32,000 nucleotides of DNA. Source: Candidatus Methylomirabilis limnetica (GTDB lineage Bacteria; Methylomirabilota; Methylomirabilia; Methylomirabilales; Methylomirabilaceae). How positions within the stretch are numbered: the first letter of the stretch is position 1; each line of letters opens with the position of its first letter. Both the position numbers and the translations under genes were made by a program. Under the pieces are notes generated by a model. It was not told where the DNA came from, did not search any database, and saw only the letters and a list, made by a program, of their open reading frames with translations. The stretch is taken from assembly GCF_003044035.1 (NCBI RefSeq), contig NZ_NVQC01000017.1:150001-182000 (forward strand), read 5' to 3'. Positions 7,900 to 15,414 of this stretch are shown piece by piece.

Positions 7900-8322
7900 C
7901 TACACATCAAAGACCACCCGGGCTCGCCAGTGATCGCCGTCCTTTTGACATTCGAGGAGGTGATAGGTCGCGGCCTTGACCACGCCCTTGAACCGATGCC
8001 GCCCCGCCTCTGCCGGCTCCCCCGTCAACTCTCCACTCGCGTGCCCGCCTTCGACCGCTATTATTCGTACGTCTGAGGGGGCCCATTCTTCCGTTTCGCA
8101 GCGGTATAAGAGCTCGTTCAACCAGGCAACCAGCAGAGACGGTAGATCTCCTCCCCGCGCCTCAAGAGGAAGGAGGCCGGTAGAGCGCACTGTTCCGGAA
8201 TCAACCATCAGCGCAAACATCCCTCTGGAGGCGTTAGCGAAAAGCTCCTCCAGAGTCTCGCCCCATGCCATGATCCCGACATCCGCCGTCGTCCCGAATG
8301 ACTCAAACCCCGGATCGTTCAT
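7900..8322 (-). CDS. Archease
   Basis: MNDPGFESFGTTADVGIMAWGETLEELFANASRGMFALMVD... matches the archease N-terminal pattern (F-E-x-x-x-H/T-T-A-D-x-G). The start is set at ATG 8322, because the track start at 8358 lies inside a REP hairpin. The gene is convergent with nth. Confidence 0.8.
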   Translation of the reverse strand: MNDPGFESFGTTADVGIMAWGETLEELFANASRGMFALMVDSGTVRSTGLLPLEARGGDLPSLLVAWLNELLYRCETEEWAPSDVRIIAVEGGHASGELTGEPAEAGRHRFKGVVKAATYHLLECQKDGDHWRARVVFDV

Positions 8323-8346
8323 TGCACCTCGGGCAGTCACAAGGAC

Positions 8347-8467
8347 GGGCAGCCACAAGGGCTGCCCCTACTTCGGACTCCGCACCAAACCCTCCCTAAC
8401 CCCCCTTTGATAAAGGGGGTAGCGGGGGGATTTACCTCACACCGGGCGCAGCAAGCAGCGCCCCTAC
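8347..8467. repeat. Composite repeat module: REP-like hairpin B + family-A palindrome + REP-like hairpin C
   Basis: GGGCAGCCacaagGGCTGCCCCTAC (8347-8371), then CAAACCCTCCCtaaCCCCCCTTTgatAAAGGGGGtagcGGGGGGATTT (8387-8433), then GGGCGCagcaagcaGCGCCCCTAC (8444-8467). The same three-part module recurs at 25163-25282. Confidence 0.8.
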
Positions 8468-9696
8468 TCATATCGTAGCGCCTCAATCGGGTCGAGGAAG
8501 GCGGCCTTGCGGGCCGGGTAGTAGCCGAAACAAATCCCCACCAACGCCGAGAACGCAAAAGCCATCAGGACGGCGCCTCCGCTAATCTGGGTAGACCACA
8601 TTGCGAAGTATGAGATCAGAACCGAAACCGAGAGGCCTAGCGCAATCCCGACCAGGCCACCGATGAGCGATAAGGTGACCGCCTCGACGAGGAACTGCGT
8701 CAGGATATCGTGCGCCTTGGCGCCTACCGCCAACCGCAGTCCGATCTCCCGCGTTCGCTCCGTCACGGACACCAGCATGATGTTCATGATGCCGATCCCG
8801 CCTACCACCAGCGAGACCGAGGCGATGGCGCCCAGTAGGATCGACATCACCCGGGCCGCCTGCTCCTGGGCGCCAAACACCTCCACAAGGTTCCGCACGG
8901 TGAAGTCGTTATCCTCCTCCGGCTGCAGGCGGTGCCGCTGCCGGAGGAGGGCCACAACCTGTTCTTCAGCCTCCCGCATTACCATCGGGCCGCGAGCCTG
9001 CACCACGATCGCCCCCACTGCCCTGGCATTAGCCTGGCTCACTCCAAGCACCTTCCTCTTGGCCGTGGAGATGGGAATCAGGATGACATCATCCTGATCT
9101 TGTCCCCAGGCTGACTGGCCCTTTGGAGACAGGCTCCCGAGGACGGTGAACGGTACCTTCTTGATCCGGATGATCTGTCCGACGGGGTCGGTCCCGCCGA
9201 ACAGATTCTTCACTATTGTATCGCCGACAAGCGCCACCTTCGCCGCCCCGTCCACATCCTGCCAGGTGAACGGACGACCATTGAGGACCCGAAAATCGCG
9301 GATCTCCAGGTATTCCGGCGTAACCCCCTGGATTACCGTAGACCAGTTGTCGTTCCCAAGTACGACCTGTCCAGTTCCACGTACACTGGATGCCGTCAAC
9401 GCCACCGCCGGGCACTCGCCGGCAATCGCCTTGGCGTCATCTTCCGACAATGTCATGACCGACCCGGCCCCCACGCGTATCCCGCCGCTGGTCGCGCTGC
9501 CAGACAGGACGATTATCACGTTGCTGCCGATGCTTCGGATCTGCTCCTGGATTTGGGCAGTGGCCCCCGAGCCTACAGCCACCGTAGCGATCACAGCAGC
9601 CACTCCAATAATGATCCCAAGCATGGTGAGGGCCGATCGAAGTCGATTAACCCGGAGCGCCCTCAAGGCGATCCTGACATTGGCCAAGATATTCAT
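8464..9696 (-). CDS. ABC transporter permease, MacB/FtsX-type
   Basis: 410 aa. It has an N-terminal TM helix, a large periplasmic domain and a C-terminal FtsX-like 3-TM bundle (ILLGAIASVSLVVGGIGIMNIMLVSVTERTREIGLRLAVGA). Confidence 0.9.
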   Translation of the reverse strand: MNILANVRIALRALRVNRLRSALTMLGIIIGVAAVIATVAVGSGATAQIQEQIRSIGSNVIIVLSGSATSGGIRVGAGSVMTLSEDDAKAIAGECPAVALTASSVRGTGQVVLGNDNWSTVIQGVTPEYLEIRDFRVLNGRPFTWQDVDGAAKVALVGDTIVKNLFGGTDPVGQIIRIKKVPFTVLGSLSPKGQSAWGQDQDDVILIPISTAKRKVLGVSQANARAVGAIVVQARGPMVMREAEEQVVALLRQRHRLQPEEDNDFTVRNLVEVFGAQEQAARVMSILLGAIASVSLVVGGIGIMNIMLVSVTERTREIGLRLAVGAKAHDILTQFLVEAVTLSLIGGLVGIALGLSVSVLISYFAMWSTQISGGAVLMAFAFSALVGICFGYYPARKAAFLDPIEALRYE

Positions 9697-9702
9697 AGAC
9701 GG

Positions 9703-10446
9703 CTACTCTGCCTCGTCTGCCGGGCGCTGCTGCAACTCCTGGAGCGCTGTTCTTGGCCGCTCAACCGCCTCATCCCGCAGCAGCCGGCCATCTTTGAAGA
9801 ATAGTACGCGCCCGGCGTAGGTCGCGATGTCCGACTCATGGGTCACCAGGACGATGGTGATCCCAGCTTCCCTGTTCAGCCGCTGGAAAATCGCCATAAT
9901 CTCGGAACTGGTCTGCGAATCGAGATTGCCAGTGGGCTCATCAGCCAGGATGATCTGCGGCTCGTTGACAAGGGCCCGCGCGATCGCCACTCGCTGCTGC
10001 TGACCGCCCGAAAGCTGGTTCGGATGATGTTCTTTCCGATCTTCAAGGCCAACCGTTCGGAGGGCGTTGAGCGCTCTGACCCGGCGGTCGCGGACCGCAG
10101 CACCATTATACAGGAGTGGGAGTTCCACGTTCGCTACGGCGCTGGTCCTGGCCAGGAGGTTAAAGGTCTGAAAGACGAAGCCGATCTTCTTATTTCGGAT
10201 TTCGGCAAGCTCATCTCGATTGAGCTGACCCACGCTGACGCCGTCAAGCCGGTAGCTTCCGGATGTTGGCTTGTCCAGGCATCCCAGGATGTTCATCAAG
10301 GTGGACTTGCCGGACCCGGAGGCACCCATGATCGCTACACACTCCCCTCGTTCAATTCGGAAGGAGACCCCTCTTAATGCCTGGACGGTGACATCGCCCA
10401 GCCGATAGTTCTTGACCAAACTGTCGACCTCGATGAGAGCTGCCAT
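9703..10446 (-). CDS. ABC transporter ATP-binding protein (MacB/LolD-type)
   Basis: Walker [10 protein letters not shown], signature [15 protein letters not shown] and Walker [12 protein letters not shown] are all present. Confidence 0.92.
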   Translation of the reverse strand: MAALIEVDSLVKNYRLGDVTVQALRGVSFRIERGECVAIMGASGSGKSTLMNILGCLDKPTSGSYRLDGVSVGQLNRDELAEIRNKKIGFVFQTFNLLARTSAVANVELPLLYNGAAVRDRRVRALNALRTVGLEDRKEHHPNQLSGGQQQRVAIARALVNEPQIILADEPTGNLDSQTSSEIMAIFQRLNREAGITIVLVTHESDIATYAGRVLFFKDGRLLRDEAVERPRTALQELQQRPADEAE

Positions 10447-10455
10447 GACTCTACC

Positions 10456-11892
10456 CTAGAACCTCGGCCCGCGCTGGCCAAACGGCTGGGCCTGTGGGGC
10501 CGCTGTGGACCCGATCCCTGTGAGCACTCCTTGCCCTTCCTTGAGGTCGCCTTCGATCATCTCACTAAAACTGCCATCGGTGATTCCCAGCTTCACCGTG
10601 ACCGACCGCGGCTTACTATCCTCACCCAGAACCCAGATGGTCTGATCCCTCTCAGCCTTCCGGATGCCGAGGAAATCCGGCGTCCCTTTCCCTGTCGGAA
10701 ATCTCTGTGGAGTCTGGACCGACGCCTCTCCTCCTTGCTTCGGTTGCTCCTTCAGGTCGGGGGGCCTAAACCGCATGGCAGCACTGGGAATCTTCAGCAC
10801 ATTCTCCCGGCTGTCCACCAGGATCTTGACATTCGCCGTCATCCCTGGAAAGAGTTTAAAATCAAGATTGGCAACCCCAATCACGGCATCGTAGGTGATC
10901 ACGTTCTGGATGTTCATTGGAGCCTGCCGGATCTGGATCACCTTTCCCCTGAAGATCTCACCCGGGAAGGCATCCACGGTGAAGGCGGCGTCCTGCCCTA
11001 CTCGAACACGCCCGATGTCGGCCTCATCCACGTTTGTGTCCACCTGCATCTTGGTCAGGTCCTGTGCGATCAGGAAAAGGGTCGGGGCGGATAGGCTCGC
11101 TGCTACCGTCTGCCCGACATCTACGCTCCGCGAGACCACGGTTCCGTCCACCGGCGCCCGGATATAGGTATGATCGAGATCGATCTGCGCCTGCCTCAGG
11201 GCGGCCTCGCTCTGTTTCACCTGTGCCTCGGCCGACGCGATTTGAGCTATAGCTACTTCGTGCTGGGCCTGGGTGGCGCGAAGAGAAAACTGCGCAGCCT
11301 GCTCCTGGGCTTTCGCAGCCTCGAGGGCCGCAATATTGGAATCGTAGGTCGCCTGCGCCGAATCGCGCTCCTCAGCAGAGATGCCGCCCTCCTTGAAGAG
11401 GTTGATCCGGCTCTTGAGCTTGATCTGGGCGTCCAGGACGGCAACCTTAGCCCTGGCCACATTCGCTTTCGCGACTTCCAGCGAAGCATTTGCGCTGGCG
11501 ATATCGGCCTCGGTTTTCTGGAGCATCGCCCGCGTGTTGAGTACGGCCGCCCGAACGTTGTCCAGATTGCCCTTGGCCTGGTTCACCTTGGCTTCAAAGA
11601 TCTCCGGATCGATTCTGGCCACGAGTTGCCCTTTCTTGACCTTGGTATTGAAGTCGGCATGGAGTTCCTTGATGTTCCCGGAGACCTGACTGCCGACCTG
11701 AACGGTGACTACGGCGTTGGGATTTCCGGTAGCCGAAATAGTTGCCTCAATGTCGCCCCGCTCAACCTTGGCCGTCCGGTACTCGACTCGTTTCTGGCCT
11801 CGCAGGTACGCCCAGCCACCCAGGCCGGAAAGCGCGACCAAACCAATGACAACCAACAGCACCTTCGCTTTTGGCATTTTCATGGGCATCAC
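10456..11892 (-). CDS. Efflux periplasmic adaptor (HlyD/MacA-type membrane fusion protein)
   Basis: 478 aa with a signal/anchor, a long Ala/Gln-rich coiled-coil hairpin, and lipoyl and beta-barrel segments. It sits between the TolC and ABC genes, and its ATG overlaps the TolC stop by 4 nt. Confidence 0.88.
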   Translation of the reverse strand: MMPMKMPKAKVLLVVIGLVALSGLGGWAYLRGQKRVEYRTAKVERGDIEATISATGNPNAVVTVQVGSQVSGNIKELHADFNTKVKKGQLVARIDPEIFEAKVNQAKGNLDNVRAAVLNTRAMLQKTEADIASANASLEVAKANVARAKVAVLDAQIKLKSRINLFKEGGISAEERDSAQATYDSNIAALEAAKAQEQAAQFSLRATQAQHEVAIAQIASAEAQVKQSEAALRQAQIDLDHTYIRAPVDGTVVSRSVDVGQTVAASLSAPTLFLIAQDLTKMQVDTNVDEADIGRVRVGQDAAFTVDAFPGEIFRGKVIQIRQAPMNIQNVITYDAVIGVANLDFKLFPGMTANVKILVDSRENVLKIPSAAMRFRPPDLKEQPKQGGEASVQTPQRFPTGKGTPDFLGIRKAERDQTIWVLGEDSKPRSVTVKLGITDGSFSEMIEGDLKEGQGVLTGIGSTAAPQAQPFGQRGPRF

Positions 11893-13514
11893 AGCTCGAG
11901 CTGATTCTTTTCGAGGATAGTGCCTTTCTGAAGATCGAGATTGGCCAAGTCCTGATTATAGGTTGTGATCGCCTGGATCTCGCTGGCCTGGGCTACCGCC
12001 AGGTCTCGCTGAAACGAGAGGACGTTAAAGGTGGTCGTGACGCCGGCCTCGAGCCGCTTTTGCTCAACCCGGAGCTGCTCCTCCGCCAGCGCCCGCGCCG
12101 CCCTGGTGGCCTCTACGCGCCGGACATCGGCATCGATTCGCCGGACCGCCTCCCGAACCTGAGAGATAATCTGACGCTTAAGATTCAGCAGGCTCGCTCC
12201 AGCCTGATCGTGGCTGAGCCTTGCCTGAGTAAATGCCGACCTGGCAGAGCGGTTGCCTAACGGGTACGTCAGGACCATGGCTGCCGACCATTGCGTAAAG
12301 TCGCCCGAGGTCAATCGATCCAGATCGCCGCCGGCGCTGCTGTTAAGGCCGTTGAGGCCGACATTACCCTGCAATTGGAGGCTGGGCAGCAACTGATTCC
12401 GCTTGACCCGCAGATCGAGATCGCTGTTCTGCAGCGTGAGCTTTGCTGCGGCGTACTCTGGCCGCTTCTCTAAGGCCTCCTGGATGCTGGCGTCGGTATT
12501 CATCGGCGCCACCTCAAAGGGTAGCGTGTCAGCCGGAAGAACCGTCCTGGCCCAGATTCGCTCACCGTCAGGGAAGTTAACGATGAGCTTGAGTTGATCT
12601 TCGGCGTCTTTGACCGCCTTCTCGGCCAGGATGACATCTTGGACCCGGGCTGCCGCCTGGGCCTCAGCCTGAGTTACCTCTACCGGGGCCGCGACACCGG
12701 CCCGCACCCGCGCCCTATTGAGATCCTCCAGCTCCCTGGCCAGGCGCAGCGAGCGCCTCTGAACCTCCAGGTTCTCAATCGCAAACACCAAACTCCAGTA
12801 GGTGCTGTGAACGCTGGTGATCACCTGGTTCGCCTGCTGACGGAACTGCGTCACCGAGATTGCCTGATTATTCCTGGCGATCTTGATGGGGGCCGTGTTC
12901 ACATCGACGCCGAAGTTCTTGAGGAGATCCTGCGTAATGCTTAAGTTAAGGAACGTCTTGTACGAGGGGTTGAACCCTTGCGGGGGTTGAGCAAAAGCCG
13001 AGTTGGTATCAAACCGGTTATTGGTCAAGCTCAACGTGTAGCTGGCACCGAAGGGCAGCTTCTGAGTGAGAGAGGTATTGACATCGCGGTTTTCAATTTC
13101 GCTGACCTGTGTCCCCTGAAGAACGTTAAATGTAGGCGTGACTGTCCGGTTCGCATCGAGGGTGAGGGAGAAGGTCGGATCAAAGATGGCCTTTGCGATA
13201 GCGATGTCCTCGGATTTGATCTTTGGGCTGAAGCTAGTGATGGCGATATCGAGGTTGTTCTTCAGGGCCAGCAGGACGGCCTCGCGCAGGGAAAGGCGAA
13301 GGTCACCCACCTCTGTTAGCTCGGTCCGGCTCGATTCCGCTTGGGGCGCCGACTGAACGACCAGGCGCCTCAGATCGTCAGACACCTCTACGCGACTCCG
13401 CGCAAACGAGGGGGAAAGGCTGTCCTCCGCCCCCGCCACGACAGCAGGCAGAACAGTCAGCAACATCACCGACATCATCGTCCACGGGCAAACCTTGCGC
13501 TGCAACGCCGTCAT
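11889..13514 (-). CDS. TolC-family outer-membrane efflux protein
   Basis: 541 aa with an N-terminal signal-like segment (MMSVMLLTVLPAVVAGA) and an internally duplicated OEP-type architecture. It is the first gene of the MFP-ABC operon. Confidence 0.82.
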   Translation of the reverse strand: MTALQRKVCPWTMMSVMLLTVLPAVVAGAEDSLSPSFARSRVEVSDDLRRLVVQSAPQAESSRTELTEVGDLRLSLREAVLLALKNNLDIAITSFSPKIKSEDIAIAKAIFDPTFSLTLDANRTVTPTFNVLQGTQVSEIENRDVNTSLTQKLPFGASYTLSLTNNRFDTNSAFAQPPQGFNPSYKTFLNLSITQDLLKNFGVDVNTAPIKIARNNQAISVTQFRQQANQVITSVHSTYWSLVFAIENLEVQRRSLRLARELEDLNRARVRAGVAAPVEVTQAEAQAAARVQDVILAEKAVKDAEDQLKLIVNFPDGERIWARTVLPADTLPFEVAPMNTDASIQEALEKRPEYAAAKLTLQNSDLDLRVKRNQLLPSLQLQGNVGLNGLNSSAGGDLDRLTSGDFTQWSAAMVLTYPLGNRSARSAFTQARLSHDQAGASLLNLKRQIISQVREAVRRIDADVRRVEATRAARALAEEQLRVEQKRLEAGVTTTFNVLSFQRDLAVAQASEIQAITTYNQDLANLDLQKGTILEKNQLEL

Positions 13515-13531
13515 GCTACCTCCTTGAAAAA

Positions 13532-13665
13532 CAGGGTATAGGGTGTAGGGTGTAGGGTTTAGAACTCACATGCCAACCTTTTTTATACCCTATACCCGTT
13601 TCCCTTTCCCCTATACCCCATACCCTCGTCTTTTACCCTATACCCTATACCCTCTACCCTATCCT
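13532..13665. repeat. Inverted repeat built from 7-nt tandem units (GGGTRTA)n ... (TAYACCC)n
   Basis: The left arm is GGGTATAGGGTGTAGGGTGTAGGGTTTAG. The spacer contains CATGCC and a T-run. The long right arm is ATACCCTATACCC...TACCCTATACCCTATACCCTCTACCCTATCC. On the minus strand the hairpin is followed by TTTTT just before the tolC RBS, which looks terminator- or attenuator-like. Confidence 0.8.
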
Positions 13666-14101
13666 ACGGCTTGCGCTCCGACGCTTTCGATTGAGAGGCT
13701 GCCGCTTCCTCCGCCCGACGCTCCTCGTCCCACCGCTTGACAAACGCATCGAAGCGGGGCTGCTGCTCGGCATTCAGGATCGAGCGAATCCGCTGACGCG
13801 CCCGCTGTCTCACCTCCTCGAACTGCGGCTGAAGACGCCTGCGCAACGTCAGAAACTCCTCGCGCGTCTCATCCAGCGCCGCGTTCAACGCGCCCACATG
13901 CTCCGGCTGGATCCGCACCGCCTCCGTCAACTCTCGGACGTAACGCTCCCGATTGAATCTCCCGGTCCACACAGCTTGGCTCGCCGGATCGACCCGGTGC
14001 AGGTATGCCGACCAACTCAGGGCGCCCGCCGCGACACCCAAAAGAAAGACTATGAGAAAGGCGAGTCCAACCTTAGCGCGCGTCTCAATCATCTGATTCA
14101 C
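13664..14101 (-). CDS. Periplasmic Spy/CpxP/ZraP-like protein (periplasmic stress/heavy-metal sensor family)
   Basis: 145 aa with an N-terminal TM/signal (VGLAFLIVFLLGVAAGALS) followed by a helical Arg/Glu/Gln-rich region with LxxxQ-type segments (LNAEQQPRFDAF). It holds the typical third position after an ECF sigma/anti-sigma pair. Confidence 0.6.
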   Translation of the reverse strand: MNQMIETRAKVGLAFLIVFLLGVAAGALSWSAYLHRVDPASQAVWTGRFNRERYVRELTEAVRIQPEHVGALNAALDETREEFLTLRRRLQPQFEEVRQRARQRIRSILNAEQQPRFDAFVKRWDEERRAEEAAASQSKASERKP

Positions 14102-14114
14102 CCTATTTTCTCTC

Positions 14115-14633
14115 TTACCTCAAGCCCTGCACGTCATCCTGCCTCAACACGAACGCCAGCATCTGGTCCCGACTGGGCTGCCCGACCACCCCCGGAAGGT
14201 TCACTTCCTCCAGGGAAAAGGCATACATGTCCGTTCCGCCCCGCACCTGAACCGGAAGCGACGAGCGCGACGCTCCCAAGAGCCTGCCCCGGACTCGATC
14301 CGGGGAGAGCGTCACCCCGACGAGCAGCAGGACTCCCATGGCCAGCGCCGGGATCAATCGTCTCGCGAATCCCCAGGCATGAAGCAGGCTCGTATCGGGC
14401 TGGTTGATCTCTCGCTCTGCCAATCGCGCTCGCAAGCGCGGGTAAAAGGCGGGTCCGGGTTCGATCTCTTCGCGCAAGGTCTGAAACAGCGCCGACGACA
14501 GGTTGGCGATCTTCATCGCCTCACCGCACGTAGGGCAACTCTTCAGGTGAAGCGCGAGATCCTTATCATCTGCAGAGGGGTGACCTTCCCCGCCTTTGCC
14601 CTTCAACAGTGTCGTTGCCTCGTGACAAGTCAT
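14115..14633 (-). CDS. Anti-sigma factor (zf-HC2 type, membrane-spanning)
   Basis: The N-terminus is MTCHEA... and the H-x3-C-x2-C motif is present (HLKSCPTC). There is one central TM helix (LIPALAMGVLLLVGV). Its start overlaps the sigma gene stop (ATGA). Confidence 0.8.
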   Translation of the reverse strand: MTCHEATTLLKGKGGEGHPSADDKDLALHLKSCPTCGEAMKIANLSSALFQTLREEIEPGPAFYPRLRARLAEREINQPDTSLLHAWGFARRLIPALAMGVLLLVGVTLSPDRVRGRLLGASRSSLPVQVRGGTDMYAFSLEEVNLPGVVGQPSRDQMLAFVLRQDDVQGLR

Positions 14634-15280
14634 TCGCCCCTCCCTTCACGATGTACTGCCTCTTCTTCCTGACGGATCAGGCTCTGACACCACGCCTGCA
14701 TTACCCGTCTCGCCCGCCATAGACGGACCTTCGCGGCCGCCCTGGTGCAGCCGAGCGTGCTGGCGATCTCCGCGATCTCAAGCCCGTGAACCTCCCGCAA
14801 TGTGATGACCAGTCGGTCCTTTGGCGCAAGGCCAGCCAGCGCCCGCTCTGCGAGATCTCTGGCCGCAACCTGGTCTCCAAGTGACGGATGCCCCTTATCG
14901 GCCAGGAGGTGCATGAAATCACGCTCACCCTCCCCCATGTCGGTAAAGGTAATCTCGGCGTGTCGACGGATTTTCCGGAGGTGATCGTAACAGGTGTTGA
15001 CGGTGATCCGACGAAGCCATGGCCCGAATGGGGCCCCCGGTCGAAACCGCCCGATAGCCAGGTACGCTTTCAGAAAGACATCCTGGGCCAGGTCTTCTAC
15101 GTCCTGCTTCCGCCGGAGAAAGCTACCAATAATGGCACACACATGCCGGTCATAGAGCCTGAGTAGGGCCTCGAAGGCTTGCTGGTCGCCATCCTGCGCC
15201 CGCTGGATGAGATGGGCTTCTCTCTCTGAAGCCTCTCGCCATCCCTCAGCAGGCTCCTGGTCTTTCCTCCTGTCGTTCAT
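14630..15280 (-). CDS. ECF (sigma-24 type) RNA polymerase sigma factor
   Basis: Region 2 is present (DVEDLAQDVFLKAYLAIGRFRPGAPFGPWLRRITVNTCYDHLR), as is the region 4 HTH (LREVHGLEIAEIASTLGCTRAAAKVRLWRAR). Confidence 0.9.
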   Translation of the reverse strand: MNDRRKDQEPAEGWREASEREAHLIQRAQDGDQQAFEALLRLYDRHVCAIIGSFLRRKQDVEDLAQDVFLKAYLAIGRFRPGAPFGPWLRRITVNTCYDHLRKIRRHAEITFTDMGEGERDFMHLLADKGHPSLGDQVAARDLAERALAGLAPKDRLVITLREVHGLEIAEIASTLGCTRAAAKVRLWRARRVMQAWCQSLIRQEEEAVHREGRGE

Positions 15281-15310
15281 AAATACGTATGGTGAGCCCG
15301 TCCGGTTACC

Positions 15311-15412
15311 AGGTATGGGGAAAGGGTCTGGGGTGTGGGGTGTAGGGTCTGGGGATACAAGGCATGGGTTTTTCTTTACACCCTACACCCTGAACCCTAT
15401 ACCCTGTCTTTC
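15311..15412. repeat. Second copy of the 7-nt-unit inverted repeat family
   Basis: GGTATGGGGAAAGGGTCTGGGGTGTGGGGTGTAGGGTCTGGGG, then a spacer with GGCATG and a T-run, then ACACCCTACACCCTGAACCCTATACCCTGTCTTTCC. It ends at the glcD stop codon. Confidence 0.8.
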
Positions 15413-15414
15413 CT

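Noticed and set aside
8337-8558. Short ORFs translating the GC palindromes and REP hairpins (also 18170-18532, 22797-22994, 22825-23034, 29038-29313, 29114-29431 and 31517-31837)
   Set aside because: Their only conserved parts are repeat-derived peptides (PPFxKGG, GSPCGCP, IPAEAGIQ..RNDG). They overlap real genes or lie across intergenic repeats. These are classic repeat-induced spurious ORFs.
13563-13585. Sigma-54-like TGGCAT-N5-TTCT on the minus strand upstream of tolC
   Set aside because: The essential GC of the -12 element (TTGC) is missing, so this is probably a chance match within the repeat spacer.
13532-13665. CRISPR array interpretation of the heptamer repeats (also 15311-15412 and 30217-30291)
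   Set aside because: The repeat unit is only 7 nt, the units are contiguous with no spacers, the arms are inverted relative to each other, and no cas genes are present.
15284-15309. ECF-type promoter GTAAC-N17-CGTA immediately upstream of the sigma gene
   Set aside because: The motif resembles sigW/ECF autoregulated promoters. However, the CGTA ends only 3 nt before the ATG. That leaves no room for a transcript start, so I do not call it without TSS data.
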